DNA of 63,965 nt, the filler included, from Piptocephalis cylindrospora (Eukaryota): the NCBI GenBank assembly GCA_003614145.1. It is 4 parts of 4 records of this genome, joined end to end, with 100 filler letters (N's around TTAATTAATTAA, not from the genome) between each part and the next. Parts side by side here need not be neighbours in the genome. Positions count along the whole stretch, not along the records: positions 32,121 to 48,062 come from KZ987879.1; 3 more parts are not named here. One strand, given 5' to 3'. The first letter of the stretch is position 1. The number at the start of each line of letters is the position of its first letter. The notes beneath the pieces are model-generated. The model had not been told where the DNA came from, did not search any database, and saw only the letters and a program-made list of their open reading frames with translations. Below, one piece after another: positions 35,079 through 47,094 of this stretch. Made by a program: the position numbers and the translations under genes.

Positions 35079-35636
35079 CTAATATCTCCCGGAACTTGTG
35101 CTACTTCTCATGGACTGATGCCGTCGGTGTGATTTGTCTTTATTGCTGCTCTCAACCGAATTTGCCTTTGAATGCATCTCAGGGCCCGTCAGAATAGAAA
35201 TAGTATCAGATTCTTTGAATGCGCTGTATGCGTGACTTTTGGGCTCAGATGGCCTTTTGATTCCGTAAGGTTTGATCCAGTTATGCCAAGGCAATTCCCT
35301 TTTTGGGTAAGGATCTTTCAGCCCGTTCGCGTAAGGCTCTTCCCAGGGGATAAAGTATGGCTTATTCTCGAATACAGCTTTCCGATACCCTAATGCCATA
35401 TAATGCCGTAGTTCATCGTCGGCATAGGCGAACGGTCGACACAGATTAGCTTTAGGTTTGTGGCAGCAAAGCACTTTCTGATTATCCCAATGGGCCCTCA
35501 TGTAACAATCGTCGGTCTTAGGGCAGTTTTCGTAATACTTCATTATGACGCAGTTCGGTGTCTCAGACATTGTTAAGGGGACCATGGCCAGTGAGAGTAG
35601 TAGAATGGAGGGAGCAAGAAAGGTGAATGACTTCAT
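35079..35636 (-). CDS. Small secreted Cys-rich protein (candidate effector)
   Basis: Signal peptide MKSFTFLAPSILLLSLAMVPLTMS. Six Cys in C-x8-C-x5-C-x12-CC-x7-C spacing, with a TATA-like element and pyrimidine-rich leader upstream. Confidence 0.75.
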   Translation of the reverse strand: MKSFTFLAPSILLLSLAMVPLTMSETPNCVIMKYYENCPKTDDCYMRAHWDNQKVLCCHKPKANLCRPFAYADDELRHYMALGYRKAVFENKPYFIPWEEPYANGLKDPYPKRELPWHNWIKPYGIKRPSEPKSHAYSAFKESDTISILTGPEMHSKANSVESSNKDKSHRRHQSMRSSTSSGRY

Positions 35637-37744
35637 CGGAAAGAATGATGGAGGAGTGTGGGTGAGGAAGGGTCGTTGAAAGGATTGACGGAGCGAATGG
35701 GGAGGGTGTCAAGGTTGAGTGAGGCAGGGGAGAAGAGAGAGGCGTAAGTGTCAGAGTGAAAAGAAAGGCGTGAGCGTGAAAGAGAACGGAATCGGGAATG
35801 GGAGGAGAATCGAGCGGAAGAGGGCGAAGAAGAGGGAGATGGGAGGGCGTAGTTTAGTAGGTATCCTCCTTATATACTCTTTAAAAAATGTAGATGGGGC
35901 GAAGATGGACTCCGATGCAAGGGCCAGGCCCAATCATGTTGATTTCTGCCCCAGTGGATAAAAGGACATCTACATACACACATAAAGCAAGAGAGAGTAT
36001 ATACCGTTACACGACTGCAGCATTGTCTTCCTCCAGACCAGTCAAATTCCTGGTTATTCAAACTGTAACACTGATGAAAGAGTGAGCCAGAGGATGCTAT
36101 CCAGTTGAACCGTACTATAGCCGACTCGTGCTTCAACTCCGTCCACTCCATATAATTGGTTAGGTGGGGATACTTGATACCTCTGTTCATTCTACACCTG
36201 CCCGCAAAAGGACCCGGACCCTAGTCAAGACGAATGAATTGGGCGGAATTGTAATTGGTTGGCCTTGAATTTGAGTTGGCCTAGGCGCTGATCAAGCCAG
36301 TGCTTGATCCTATACTCTACTGTATGTCCTTATGTTAGCCTAAAAACAGTGTCAAATCCTATAAACCGTAACATTTGCTTGATTCTTCTCCTATATTGGT
36401 TTCCGTTTTGAGGGTATCTCTAATTTTTCAAGAGGCATGGAGTTTACCAGACGAAGAGCCGTGATTGGGCGATCCTATCAGGAGAAAGGATCAGGGGGAT
36501 CGGCAGTGCTGGCCGAGATCGTACAAATTATGATCCTCAGCCATGAAACGCTCCTTCGCTTTCCCACCTCTCAGATACATACACCGCTCACAGAAGGGTC
36601 GGCAACATTGTGAAAATTCCTCCGAATCATTAGGCAAGCACCCTTCATCACCTCGCTTCCTAGTAAATCTACTTCTTCCCAAAAGGACGGTGCCAAGCCC
36701 AATACACTAACCAATACACTATCCTTTATCCTTCCTTGGAGCGTTCTAGGATCCGCTTTACTCTAGTCAAGAGCCTTAATAATACTCCCACTCAATGGCT
36801 ACCGAAGTATGCAGGGGGAATGGCCATCTTAGATTAACTTCCTACCCCATTCCTTCCATCTCCGCCTCTTTCGCAAATTCTCCTGCACATCCGCCCCGCT
36901 ACATCCCAATGTCCCTGGATCGCCTAGTGCCATCCTTCTTCCATACTCACTCAGAAGAAGGATAAGGAACGGGTGAGACCCTCCTGGCTGGTGTGGGACT
37001 AAAATTTGGATCCTGGCTAACTAGGTGAGAGACAATTACATACAGTGGTGGTCCTGTTGGTTGTTGTACGCATCCTGATGTCACGTATAAAATTCATCTG
37101 AGACCTAGCATTAGTGTCAGATCATATGCCGGGGAACTATAGTCGTGGTTTCTCCGATTTTTCGCGTCTCTAGTAGGATGGTTTGACCGACATGCCGTGC
37201 TGACCGAGTGTGTCATTCTGGTCTGTGGTTCCACAGACACAGGTGTTTCGCCCATCCCGAGGTGCCGAGCCAGGGCGCTGCGAATGAGGGTTTCCCAACG
37301 GAGTCAGCTGCTGCGGGAAAATAATGGTCCAGCTATCACCTCCATACACACCATGTCTCTTTCCTTGCCAACGCCTACTTCCCCCTCTTCGCCCCGCCGT
37401 CCAGTGTATGGGGCAGGCGCTACGACGCATCGTCATCCTTGCATGCCGGGCGATTGAGGAGATGATCTGGACGGGGTGGGGAAGGAGGATGTGCACCCAA
37501 TAAATACCCCTGATCCGGACCAGTTGATTCACCACCGTGACCAACCTTGTGGTCCTTATCCGCTGTTTATAAAGAGGGTTGAGCGAAGACACATTCTCCT
37601 TGCCTGCATTATCTCCCTCAAAATCCCACTCTCCCGTCACTATATTTCATAAGCGCCTATTTGCTTTCTTGCCTTTCCCCCCTTCCTTAACTCTTGAGCT
37701 TTCTCTTCCCTTTCTCTTCCCTGCGCAACTCGGCGAAAACATAA

Positions 37745-39460
37745 ATGATAAAAATGCCCGGAAAAAACCCAGACACCCTAGCACATTTCGTCTCTGTTCA
37801 GGAGAGACTTCGACAACGACGATCGGCTGATCAAATTAAATCGTCCCAGGACCAGGAATCGCCTGACTCAGACACTGCTTCGGATACCATGACGGATTCC
37901 CGATCTGGATCACCGAGCGAGGCCCCCTCACACCAACTGGTAGACCCGGATGAGCTTGTAAACTATGGTCTGGCCATTCTATGTAAGGATAAGCGAGAAC
38001 GAGGAGAGGCAGGCCCATTACGTCGGGGCCCCCAATACCTATACCGTCCCCAACCTTCCCTTCTTGATCGGGTCTTCATGCGCAGGTCCGGGGAGATGAT
38101 CCGGGGCTTTTTTAATCTTCTCTGGGTCTTTGCGGCCTTTTTCACCGCTGCAAGCTTTGTACGGTCAATGCATGAGCACGGCTCGGTTCTGGACACCTCC
38201 CTCTTCTACCTAAGCACAACGCAACTCGGGGATCTGTTCTTCTGGGACGCATGCATGATCCTCGGGATGACTCCAATTGTCGTGTGGTGCCAGGCCTGCT
38301 CTCTGGATTGGATCCCCGCTGGACCCTTGGACTGGGGAACTCGTCTCCTCTTTGAGCTGTCCTTCACGGCCGTCGGCCTCCATTGGACCCGGGCGAGCAC
38401 ATGGCCCTGGGTACAGCGGATCTTCTTTTCCCTACACACTATGGTCCTCGCCATGAAGATTCACTCTTATGGGGCACGGAATGCGACGTTCCGGGAGAAG
38501 GCAGCCGAGTTGAATGACCTCGAAGAGGAGGAGCGGACTCTGGCTTCCCATTCCTTTCGTGGACCCCATGAGACCGAGCGGCTTCAAGAAGTTTCCGTGC
38601 GTGTTCAACGCCTTCAAAATGAGGTGCAGTGTAGCTCTGGGGTAAGGTACCCGAAAAACCTGACTCTACGTAACTGGGTGGATTATCTGGCCTTTCCCGT
38701 CCTCATCTACGAGCTGTCTTATCCACGGACTACGAGGGTCCGTCCAGGTTTTGTGCTGGAAAAGTTCCTCGGCACCATTGGGTGTATCTTTCTTCTGTAC
38801 ACATGCATTGAGTCCCATGTGATTCCATACTTGCATGTCGCGATTCACCAGTCCTTTTGGTTGGCCCTGCCTCATCTGCTCCCCGTCTTTCTTGCTATTT
38901 ATCTTCTGGGGTTTTATATCCTCTTTGAGGGGATTTGTCCTGGGTTTGCCGAGATTTCCCGCTTTGCCGATCGTCATTTCTACGATGACTGGTGGAACAG
39001 GTAGGCTTGGAGAAGGAGGGTAGATTATGGCTTGGTGCATTCATCTCATTCTTATTTTCGCCCCCATTCTAGTGATTCATGGGATCAATTTGCTAGAAAG
39101 TGGAATAAGCCCGTCCATCATTTCCTTCTTCGTCACGTTTACCTTCCATTACGGGATGAAATGGGGCTGGCGAAAAGCCAGGCAAACCTGATTACCTTTC
39201 TCTTTTCCTCAATCTTCCACGAGGTCCTGATGTTTGTCGTGGTGGGTCAGCCCAAGGGCTTTCTTTTTGTCATGCAGATGAGCCAGCTTCCCTTGACCTG
39301 GATGGGTAATGCTCTTGGACAGTCCTTTGTCGACTTTTGGGGCAATGCCTTCTTTTGGATTGGTCTTTCCATCGGCCCTGTCCTCTTGACCTATGGGTAC
39401 ACTGTCGATTATCTGAAAGAGATAGGTCAGACTGGACGAGAAACTGTGATTTTCACTTGA
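37745..39460 (+). CDS. Sterol O-acyltransferase (ACAT/ARE-type MBOAT), copy 1
   Basis: Motifs GFFNLLW, MKIHSY, YPKNLT, YELSYPRT, FADRHFYDDWWN|S, WNKPVHHFLLRHVY and catalytic FHE. Intron 39001-39072. The start may be 37754. Confidence 0.9.
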
Positions 39461-40692
39461 TTCAAAAGAATGCTTGTGTATGCTCTTCTAGGTTGTTGTC
39501 CCCCCTCCCTTGCTCCTCCATTGAAGTGTAAGATAGGAAAATACAGACAGGAAATTGAATCCAAAGTGTGATTGGAAATGAACGTGTGGATACGGTTCCT
39601 TCCATCTTGTGTTCATGATCCCAAGGCCTGTCGTGCATACAATCACTGTCACCTTCACCCATGGCTGGGTGAATCTCGGAGTCTGGGTTTGAAGGGTGTG
39701 CAGACCCTGAAGCCATCCCCCAAAAAAACACGCCCTGGCCAGCCTGTGGCCAAGGAGCGCGCACATGGCCATCCATGCCTTGCTCCTGAAGTGCCTTCCC
39801 CAATGCTCGGGGAGCAATGATTGTTCTATTTAAACAACACTCCTCTCATCCAGGTGGGGTCGACCAGAAGGCTTTTCCCTTTTCCCTGTTTCTTTTTTTC
39901 TTTCCTCTCGGTACCTTTACGATCTCCCTCTTACCGCGTGCGTCTTCCTTACTCACATCACCATCATCCTACCCGCCTACTCTGTTACGATCTTGACGTC
40001 CCTCACGATATCTTTTCCACGAATTCCCCTTTTGTGCCCCTCCATTACTCTGTTTCCGCTTAACGATTCTATTCATTTTGGCCTCCATCCTATCACTTGA
40101 CCCTTTCCTCCAAGCCCTTCACCCACAAGGTATGTTTGTTGCTTTTTTCTTCTGTGTATCTATGTCTCTATGCCTTGCTATGGTTTATCAACAACCGTAC
40201 AGTTCATGCTGGTTTGGACGGCGTGGCGGGGCTGTCTGGCCTGGGGCTCAGCGCCTCAACCCCTCCACTTCCTCTCCAAATCTGCGCATGTAATATCCCG
40301 CCTATTTTTAAGCGGAGTTTTTCATTCAGGATGAAAATTAACCAATGGTATCAATGACCCTATCTGGTCATACTATGATCTGCATCCTACGATTTTATTG
40401 CTACTACTGATGACACCATGAAGCCTCATCTTTGGGGTATATTAAACCCTCCTTGCTGTATATCTTCCTATCTCCCTCTACCCTCACTCTCCTTCCCAAC
40501 AGCACCCTTTCCATCTCTTTCTTACCTGGTGATCCCCTGTACTATCCAACACCCTGTCTTAATCTTCCTCCTCCTGCTACTTCGTCTCTGCTCAAGCGCT
40601 GACTTTCCCTTCCCTTATCACGTACCCTCCTCCTTCAAGCTCTTCCTCTTATCCCTTCATCCTTCTCCTCCGTCGTTTCATATCCTTTTGAC

Positions 40693-42576
40693 ATGACTCC
40701 TGTGACTCGTCGTCCCCGGAGTAATCGGTCTTCCCCTCCTCCATCCCCGTTTAGCTCGGATACCGAAGATCTCTCTTCCAAAGGGACATCTCGACATACT
40801 CCCTCCGTTGAGATAGATCCTCCCGCTACTCAGGAGCCTGAGCAGCGGGAATCCAATTCACCCTCTCTACCTTCCAGGACCTCGTCTACCATGTCTACTT
40901 CCTCCCAAAAAACTACATTTACTCGGTCTTCCACTCGATCTAAGGATGAGGCTTCTTTAGCCAAGCAGGAAAGTGCCACATCCTACACCTACTGTGCTCG
41001 TAGCTCCACGTTTGATCGGATGCACATGATTCGGGAGGATCATCCTCTTCGTGGGTTCTTCACCTTGTTCTGGGTCACCATGGGCTTGTACGTCACCCTA
41101 ACGGCCATCCGATCCTGGGAGGAACGAGGCTATCTCCTCGGCGGAGATCTCTTTTCCCTCCTCTCCCGGGATCTCGTAGCCCTTCTCCTTTCCGATATTG
41201 TCTTGGTTCTCGGAATGACTCCGGCCTTCTTCCTAGTTAAAATCTCTGCTTGGGGCCTCATTCCCCCGTGGAAGCCCCTGGAAATGCTATTCCAGCATTC
41301 TTACCAGACCCTCTATCTTCTCGGAGCTCTCTACTATACCCATCAGCAGCAGTGGCCCTGGGTCCAAAGGACCTTTTTCTCCATGCACACCATGGTCCTG
41401 ACCATGAAGATTCACTCGTACATCACCCAAAATACTCACTTTCGTCATCTTCGTCGCTCCCTCAAGCGTATGCTTAAGGAAGAAAAGGATATTCGGGAGA
41501 AGCTCGAGGCTGATGGGTCTTTGGATGAGGATGCCAAGGTGGGCAAGGGTGGTTGGTGGTTTATGCGTCGATCCCGTCTACAGGCTCGTCGGCCTCACTC
41601 CACCACGGCCACCTCCACCTCCACCTCCTCTTCCACTAATGGATCCCCCGTTTCTACCCCTTCCCGGGAGGTAACTCGTCTTGTTGGGACTTCTGATGAA
41701 GATGAATCTGAGGGAGGAGGAGATGAGGGGTCCCATAGGAAGGGCTCTTCGGTATCTGCTGAGGATATGGCCCTTCGTGATCGATTGGACCGTCTTCGTA
41801 AGGACATTATCCGTACCGAGGCTGATCTTTGCCCTGGTACTGTGGCCTACCCGGACAACCTAACTGTAGCCAATTGGGTGGACTATGTTCTTATTCCCTC
41901 GCTGGTCTATGAGATCCATTTCCCCCGGACCGATCGAATCAGGCCGTGGTATGTGTTTGAGAAAGCCTTGGCCACTTTTGGTAGCATGTTCCTTATGTAT
42001 GTTACCATGGAACAATCTCTGATCCCGTCAGTCAAGTACGCTGCCACCACCTCCCTCCTCTACGCCCTGCCCCATCTGATGTTCCCTTTCCTCATCACCT
42101 TCCTCCTTGGGTTTTTCATCGTCTTTGAATGTGTGTGCAACGGCTTTGCTGAGCTTACACGCTTTGCCGATCGTCGCTTCTACGATGATTGGTGGAATAG
42201 TAGTACATGGGATGAGTTTGCCCGCAAGTGGAATCGCCCCGTCCACCTCTTCCTTCTTCGCCACGTCTACTTTCCCCTCCGCCATGGCCTTGGTCTCCCT
42301 AAGGCCCAGGCTAACTTCTACACCTTCCTCTTCTCTGCTCTCGCCCACGAATTGGCCGTCTGGATCATGGCCGGCCGTCTCCGCATGTTTTTCTTTGCCA
42401 TGCAGATGCTTCAAATCCCCCTGGTCTACTACAGTCAACGGGTTAAGGAGCATGTCAAGGCCTGGGGTAATGGCATCTTTTGGGTTTCCATGATGCTCGG
42501 TCCCTCCATGATGACCTTTGTCTATACTCGAGATCATTATCTAGAGCAAGCTGCCTTGGCCTCTGAGTCTGGATGA
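40693..42576 (+). CDS. Sterol O-acyltransferase (ACAT/ARE-type MBOAT), copy 2, intronless
   Basis: Motifs LRGFFTLFW, MKIHSY, YPDNLT, FADRRFYDDWWNS, WNRPVHLFLLRHVY and AHE. Confidence 0.92.
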   Translation: MTPVTRRPRSNRSSPPPSPFSSDTEDLSSKGTSRHTPSVEIDPPATQEPEQRESNSPSLPSRTSSTMSTSSQKTTFTRSSTRSKDEASLAKQESATSYTYCARSSTFDRMHMIREDHPLRGFFTLFWVTMGLYVTLTAIRSWEERGYLLGGDLFSLLSRDLVALLLSDIVLVLGMTPAFFLVKISAWGLIPPWKPLEMLFQHSYQTLYLLGALYYTHQQQWPWVQRTFFSMHTMVLTMKIHSYITQNTHFRHLRRSLKRMLKEEKDIREKLEADGSLDEDAKVGKGGWWFMRRSRLQARRPHSTTATSTSTSSSTNGSPVSTPSREVTRLVGTSDEDESEGGGDEGSHRKGSSVSAEDMALRDRLDRLRKDIIRTEADLCPGTVAYPDNLTVANWVDYVLIPSLVYEIHFPRTDRIRPWYVFEKALATFGSMFLMYVTMEQSLIPSVKYAATTSLLYALPHLMFPFLITFLLGFFIVFECVCNGFAELTRFADRRFYDDWWNSSTWDEFARKWNRPVHLFLLRHVYFPLRHGLGLPKAQANFYTFLFSALAHELAVWIMAGRLRMFFFAMQMLQIPLVYYSQRVKEHVKAWGNGIFWVSMMLGPSMMTFVYTRDHYLEQAALASESG

Positions 42577-42892
42577 AGTCCCTTTCTCTCAGTGTGCGTG
42601 CGTGCGTATTTGGACAAATTAGCTTGTCTTGGACATCATTCTTTTTCTGATGATGGTAGAGAAAGAAGACCAGGTCCTTGTTTCTCCCATCTCTTCATTT
42701 TCTCTATTCCTCTTGGTATCCTTTTATGATTTGGTATCCTCTCTCTCTTCTCTCCAAAATTCTTTTTTTACACCTTTTTGCTCGAGATGTATCTATGCAA
42801 TTTATGATTTCAGCCTCCAACGCCTTCTCCGTATTTTTATTTGGAGAATGTACATGTGACTTCCTTCTAAGTTCCCACCTCCTCTCCAATCA

Positions 42893-43998
42893 TTAATCCT
42901 TTTTGCTTGTAGTGGGATGAGCCTTACCGCCTTTCTTGGGCTTGATGAGCATAGTAGTGGGGATCTGTCGGACCATTGTGGTGAGGTAGGTCTGAAGCGC
43001 CTCATGACCCTTGATGTCCAAGGCCCAGGGGGTAGGAGGAGAGAGGGAGGAGTCGATCTGACGCCATAGGTGCCTTAGGGCAAGGATGTGTTCGTCCGTC
43101 ACTGGGTTTCCCGGGTCTTCCTCCAGGAGAGAAGGCTATTGTTGAGGAAGAGAATGAGAGAAGGGGGAGGGGGGGAATAAAAACCAAGACCATTCTTCCG
43201 TACGCGTAAAATTACTTACCCGAAGACCAAGGATGGTAACATGGGGATAGCCAAGAGCATATGATAGGGTAGCCTCGGAGCCTTTAGGGAGGGGAATGAT
43301 CCGGATACCAGTTTGTCGTGCCAGGGCCGGGAGATGATCAATGAGATGGGAGGGAGTAATGTCGTGTTTACAGCAAAAGAGAACCAGGAAAGGGGGGCCA
43401 TTATTGCCGGTCGGCTTATATCTACGTAGAGCACGAACCACCGAGGACATGCCAATGACCAGGTGAGCAAGGGTTGGGGGAGGTTGAGGCGAGTTCTTGG
43501 GGTCCGACTCATCCTCGATCGGATTTTGCTCTGAATGCTTTCTTTTTCTCGACTTGGACGAACTTTTAGCATAGGTAGAGGCGGAAATTCGACGCATCTT
43601 TCTACGGCGATGTCCAATGGGCGCGAGGGATCTAGAGAAAGGGGAGGGGAAAAAGTGAGTTTAATAATGTAGGAATGGTGCCTTTGAATCTCGTTTACCT
43701 GCATAATTTGGAGGACCATTCCGCCTCTGCTTCTGGGGATGGATTACCTGGCCTAATCATGGAATATGAAATCTGATCAGCCTTCGTTTTTTTTACTTTG
43801 CCCAGATATTTCGACTCACCATAAGCTTCGGTAAGGGGAATCAAAGACTGGCCGAAAGACTGGTCGACGAATCCCGTCCGACGACTTGCCCTCCTGACTT
43901 GAAGGGGCCGGTTTGAGGGGTAAAGCGCGCGTACTGGTCTTGGTATGGACCTGGACTGGAGTCTTGATCACCCCCTTTCCTTTTCCTATTGAGGACAT
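42893..43998 (-). CDS. POP3: RNase P/MRP subunit, L7Ae family (Pop3/Rpp38-like), 4 exons
   Basis: Motifs FRPVFDSPY...W|P, HLVIGMSSVVRAL, VLFCCKHDITPSHLIDHLP and IIPLPKGSEATLSYALGYPHVTILGL, joined by GT-AG introns. Confidence 0.75.
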
Positions 43999-44309
43999 GA
44001 TGAGATGGAGAGTGAAGATGGGAGGTGAGCTGGTCGGGTCCGTCGTGGTAGTAGTAAAAGCAATACAAGGGCTCGTTAAAAACAAATCATCTGCTCCGTG
44101 ATTGATAGCTGTGAAAAGTGCTAAACTAGCCGCTTTTTCATCGAAATTCGCGGCACACCGCCGAAGATATAATTGCTCCTTGCACACCCCATCCTTCCTA
44201 CCTACACGAGGATAGCCAAGGTCAAGTACATCTGGAAGACTTGACGAGCTACTTTCCCCTCCTTTCTCTCCCCATCCCCTCCTATTTCATTCCATATCTA
44301 GGTGACGAC

Positions 44310-45987
44310 ATGCCGCCCGTAAAGAACGCTCAAGGCAAAGATCCAAACCAGGAAGAGTTGACAAGTCTGCTGGCCAAGACGATCAAGAGATCCCATGCCC
44401 TGTATCTGTCAAATAACACGGGCCCCCCGTTACCAGAAGAGCCGTTGGCGCAGAGGGCAAGGCTCTCATGCAAGATCCGGGATGAGTACCTCAGTTATGT
44501 CCCCTCTCCGTCTCGGGCAGTGACCAAGAGCTCTTCCCTGCTACTCACAGAAGAGCCTTTGGGGAAGCGGGAAAGCCGGGGCGACACGACATCCCTAGCC
44601 CTAGTGACCTCAACGACGCCAAAACCCTCGACAGAAATGGCTCTTACTGGGCCACAGCCCCAATTACCCAGGGTTCGGGATACCTCGGTATCCTTAATGC
44701 CTGCTCGTTCGGTGGTGGAGGCAGCGGCCTCCCTATCCAAGGAGGAAGGCTCCTCGACCACATCGGTTCCGGATACCCCCACTCAGCGCCTCATTTCTTC
44801 CCTTCCCATTGCTCAGGCCCATGAGAATGCTGTAGGTGAAGTGGTCCTCAAGTCCAAGCCATCTTCCAAGGCCCCATCTTCCACGGCGATGACCCGACAT
44901 GCCCGTCCGGTTTTGCGGGCCCAGCGGCCCGAGTGGCACGCTCCTTGGAAGTTGATGAGAGTGATCAGTGGGCATCTCGGATGGGTAAGGGCCTTGGCGG
45001 TTGAACCGGGTAATACCTGGTTTGCCTCTGGCGCTGGGGATCGGACTATTAAGGTAAGACGTGTGAGGAGAGGAGGGTGCTGGGTAATATTTCCCTCTCC
45101 CATCCATAACCCATCTGCCCATCCCTCGTTAGATCTGGGATTTGGCATCAGGTACCCTAAAAATATCTTTGACTGGACACATCTCCCCTGTTCGGGGTCT
45201 CGCAGTTTCCCCGAGACACCCTTACCTCTTCTCGGCCGGAGAGGATAAGATGGTCAAGTGCTGGGATCTAGAGCAGAATAAGGTGATTCGGCACTATCAT
45301 GGACACCTCTCTGGAATCTATGCCTTGGCTCAGCACCCAACACTGGATGTAATTGTTACGGCAGGACGGGATTCAACGGCCCGGGTATGGGATATGCGGA
45401 CCAAGACATGCGTCCACGTTCTCCACGGTCATACCGATACCATCACGTCCGTACAGTGCCAGGAAGCGGATCCACAGGTGGTGACTGGGAGTATGGACGG
45501 GACGATCCGGCTGTGGGATTTGGCGGCGGGTAAGACCATGTCCCAACTGACCCATCATAAGAAGGGGATCCGAGCTCTGGCTACCCATCCCCGGGAATTC
45601 TCTTTTGCTAGTGCGGCCGCCGACAACATCAAACAATGGAGGTGTCCCGAGGGGAATTTTCTCCAAAATTTTTCGGGCCACCGGGGTATCGTCAATGCTT
45701 TATCAGTTAACACGGACAATGTCCTCTTTAGTGGCGGGGATGATGGGACCATGCGTTTCTGGGACTGGAAGACTGGTCACTGTTTCCAGTCTTCCTCCAC
45801 TACAGCTCAACCCGGATCCCTGGATGCCGAGTCGGGCATCTTTGCCTCTACCTTTGACCGTACTGGACTTCGTCTCATCACCGGGGAGGCAGATAAAACT
45901 ATTAAGGTCTGGAAGGAAGATGAAGAGGCCACTGAGGAGACCCATCCCCTTGACTGGACTCCCACTTTGATGAGAACTCGATATTGA
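44310..45987 (+). CDS. PRP46: Pre-mRNA splicing factor Prp46/PLRG1 (WD40)
   Basis: [21 protein letters not shown]; intron 45054-45132; WD40 repeats; [12 protein letters not shown]...[18 protein letters not shown]. Confidence 0.97.
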
Positions 45988-46194
45988 GGGAAAGATGTGT
46001 GTGGGATCAATGGGTGGGTAGAGAATGAGTATTGAACGGAAGAAAAAAGAAGCATGTATTCCTTGGACCGAATGTTTAATGAAAAGAGAGTGAGAGAAGA
46101 CATGGATGGATGAGCCAGCTCATCGTTTCATCCAGTGAGGGTGAAGAATTCAGAGATGGGGTTGACCGAGTGGGAATCATTAGAAGGGGCGATC

Positions 46195-47094
46195 CTATTG
46201 CTGTTGTTGTCCTTGTTGCTGGTTCTGCTGCTGTCCTTGTTGTTGGTCCAGCTGTTGCCCCTGCTGTTGATTCTGCTGTTGTTCTTGTTGTTGGTCCTGC
46301 TGTTGTCCTTGCTGCTGCCCCTGCTGTTGGTCCTGCTGCTGTCCTTGTCCTTGCTGTCGACCCTGCAGCTTCTCCGTATCCTCAGCAGTGCCTGTAGGTG
46401 GGGAATCGAATTGGTAGACATAAAAAGAAGGATCGACATGAAGGAGGGCGCCGACATTCCCAAACTTGGTGAGGTCGGGGACCTGATTCAGGTTTACAAT
46501 GTTGGCACTGTACTGATGAGTCAGATCGAGGATAGTGGGATTACCAAGGGTCATGTTATTGCGGAGGAGGATGCGAGTACCACCTTCAGTGAGGTCGGAA
46601 ATGTCCCTACTGGCAGCGTCAGCCATTTTGGAGTATTTCATGGCGGCATTATTAATCTCATCACCAGCCACACCAGGCGGTGGGGGCTGAGGCGCGAGCT
46701 TTGCCATGAGAGCCATCTGTCCTCCCATAAGACCTCCCATGGGAAGCAGCTGGGCGACAAAGGGAACTACCTTTGCACCATATCGGGCTGATCTGAAGTC
46801 GTCAGTGATCATCCTTTGCATCCATGATGTCTTGAAACCTAGGAAATAGCCAGTCTTCGGATTGACGCCCTGAAGGATAAGCTTGGGCAATGCACACATA
46901 GCCAGTCCTTTTGTAGCCGCTGCGACAGCAACCTTTTTAGTCCCTTGTACCATCTGGCTAAAACTAGCACCAGGGAATCCAGCCAAAACGTGAGTGGGCT
47001 GGAAGGGATTGGAGATGAGGATGACGATGAGAAAGGGAAGGAGAAAGGGGAGGCTCTGGGCCTTTCCTTTCCGGGAAGTCCCTAGAAGGAGCAT
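46195..47094 (-). CDS. Putative secreted or signal-anchored protein with C-terminal QQxQ repeat tail
   Basis: Hydrophobic LPFLLPFLIVILISNPFQPTHVLA segment. Tail of (QQGQ/QQDQ/QQNQ/QQEQ)n encoded by 12-nt units at about 46198-46360. Start codon uncertain. Confidence 0.65.
   Translation of the reverse strand: MLLLGTSRKGKAQSLPFLLPFLIVILISNPFQPTHVLAGFPGASFSQMVQGTKKVAVAAATKGLAMCALPKLILQGVNPKTGYFLGFKTSWMQRMITDDFRSARYGAKVVPFVAQLLPMGGLMGGQMALMAKLAPQPPPPGVAGDEINNAAMKYSKMADAASRDISDLTEGGTRILLRNNMTLGNPTILDLTHQYSANIVNLNQVPDLTKFGNVGALLHVDPSFYVYQFDSPPTGTAEDTEKLQGRQQGQGQQQDQQQGQQQGQQQDQQQEQQQNQQQGQQLDQQQGQQQNQQQGQQQQ

Noticed and set aside
43999..44309. Short divergent promoter between POP3-like and PRP46 (also MAP1/GPATCH11)
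   Set aside because: Head-to-head housekeeping pairs are normal in compact fungal genomes; no specific motif was identified.
46135..46791. Leu-rich plus-strand ORF that looks like a membrane protein
   Set aside because: Antisense of the CAG/CAA Gln repeats.
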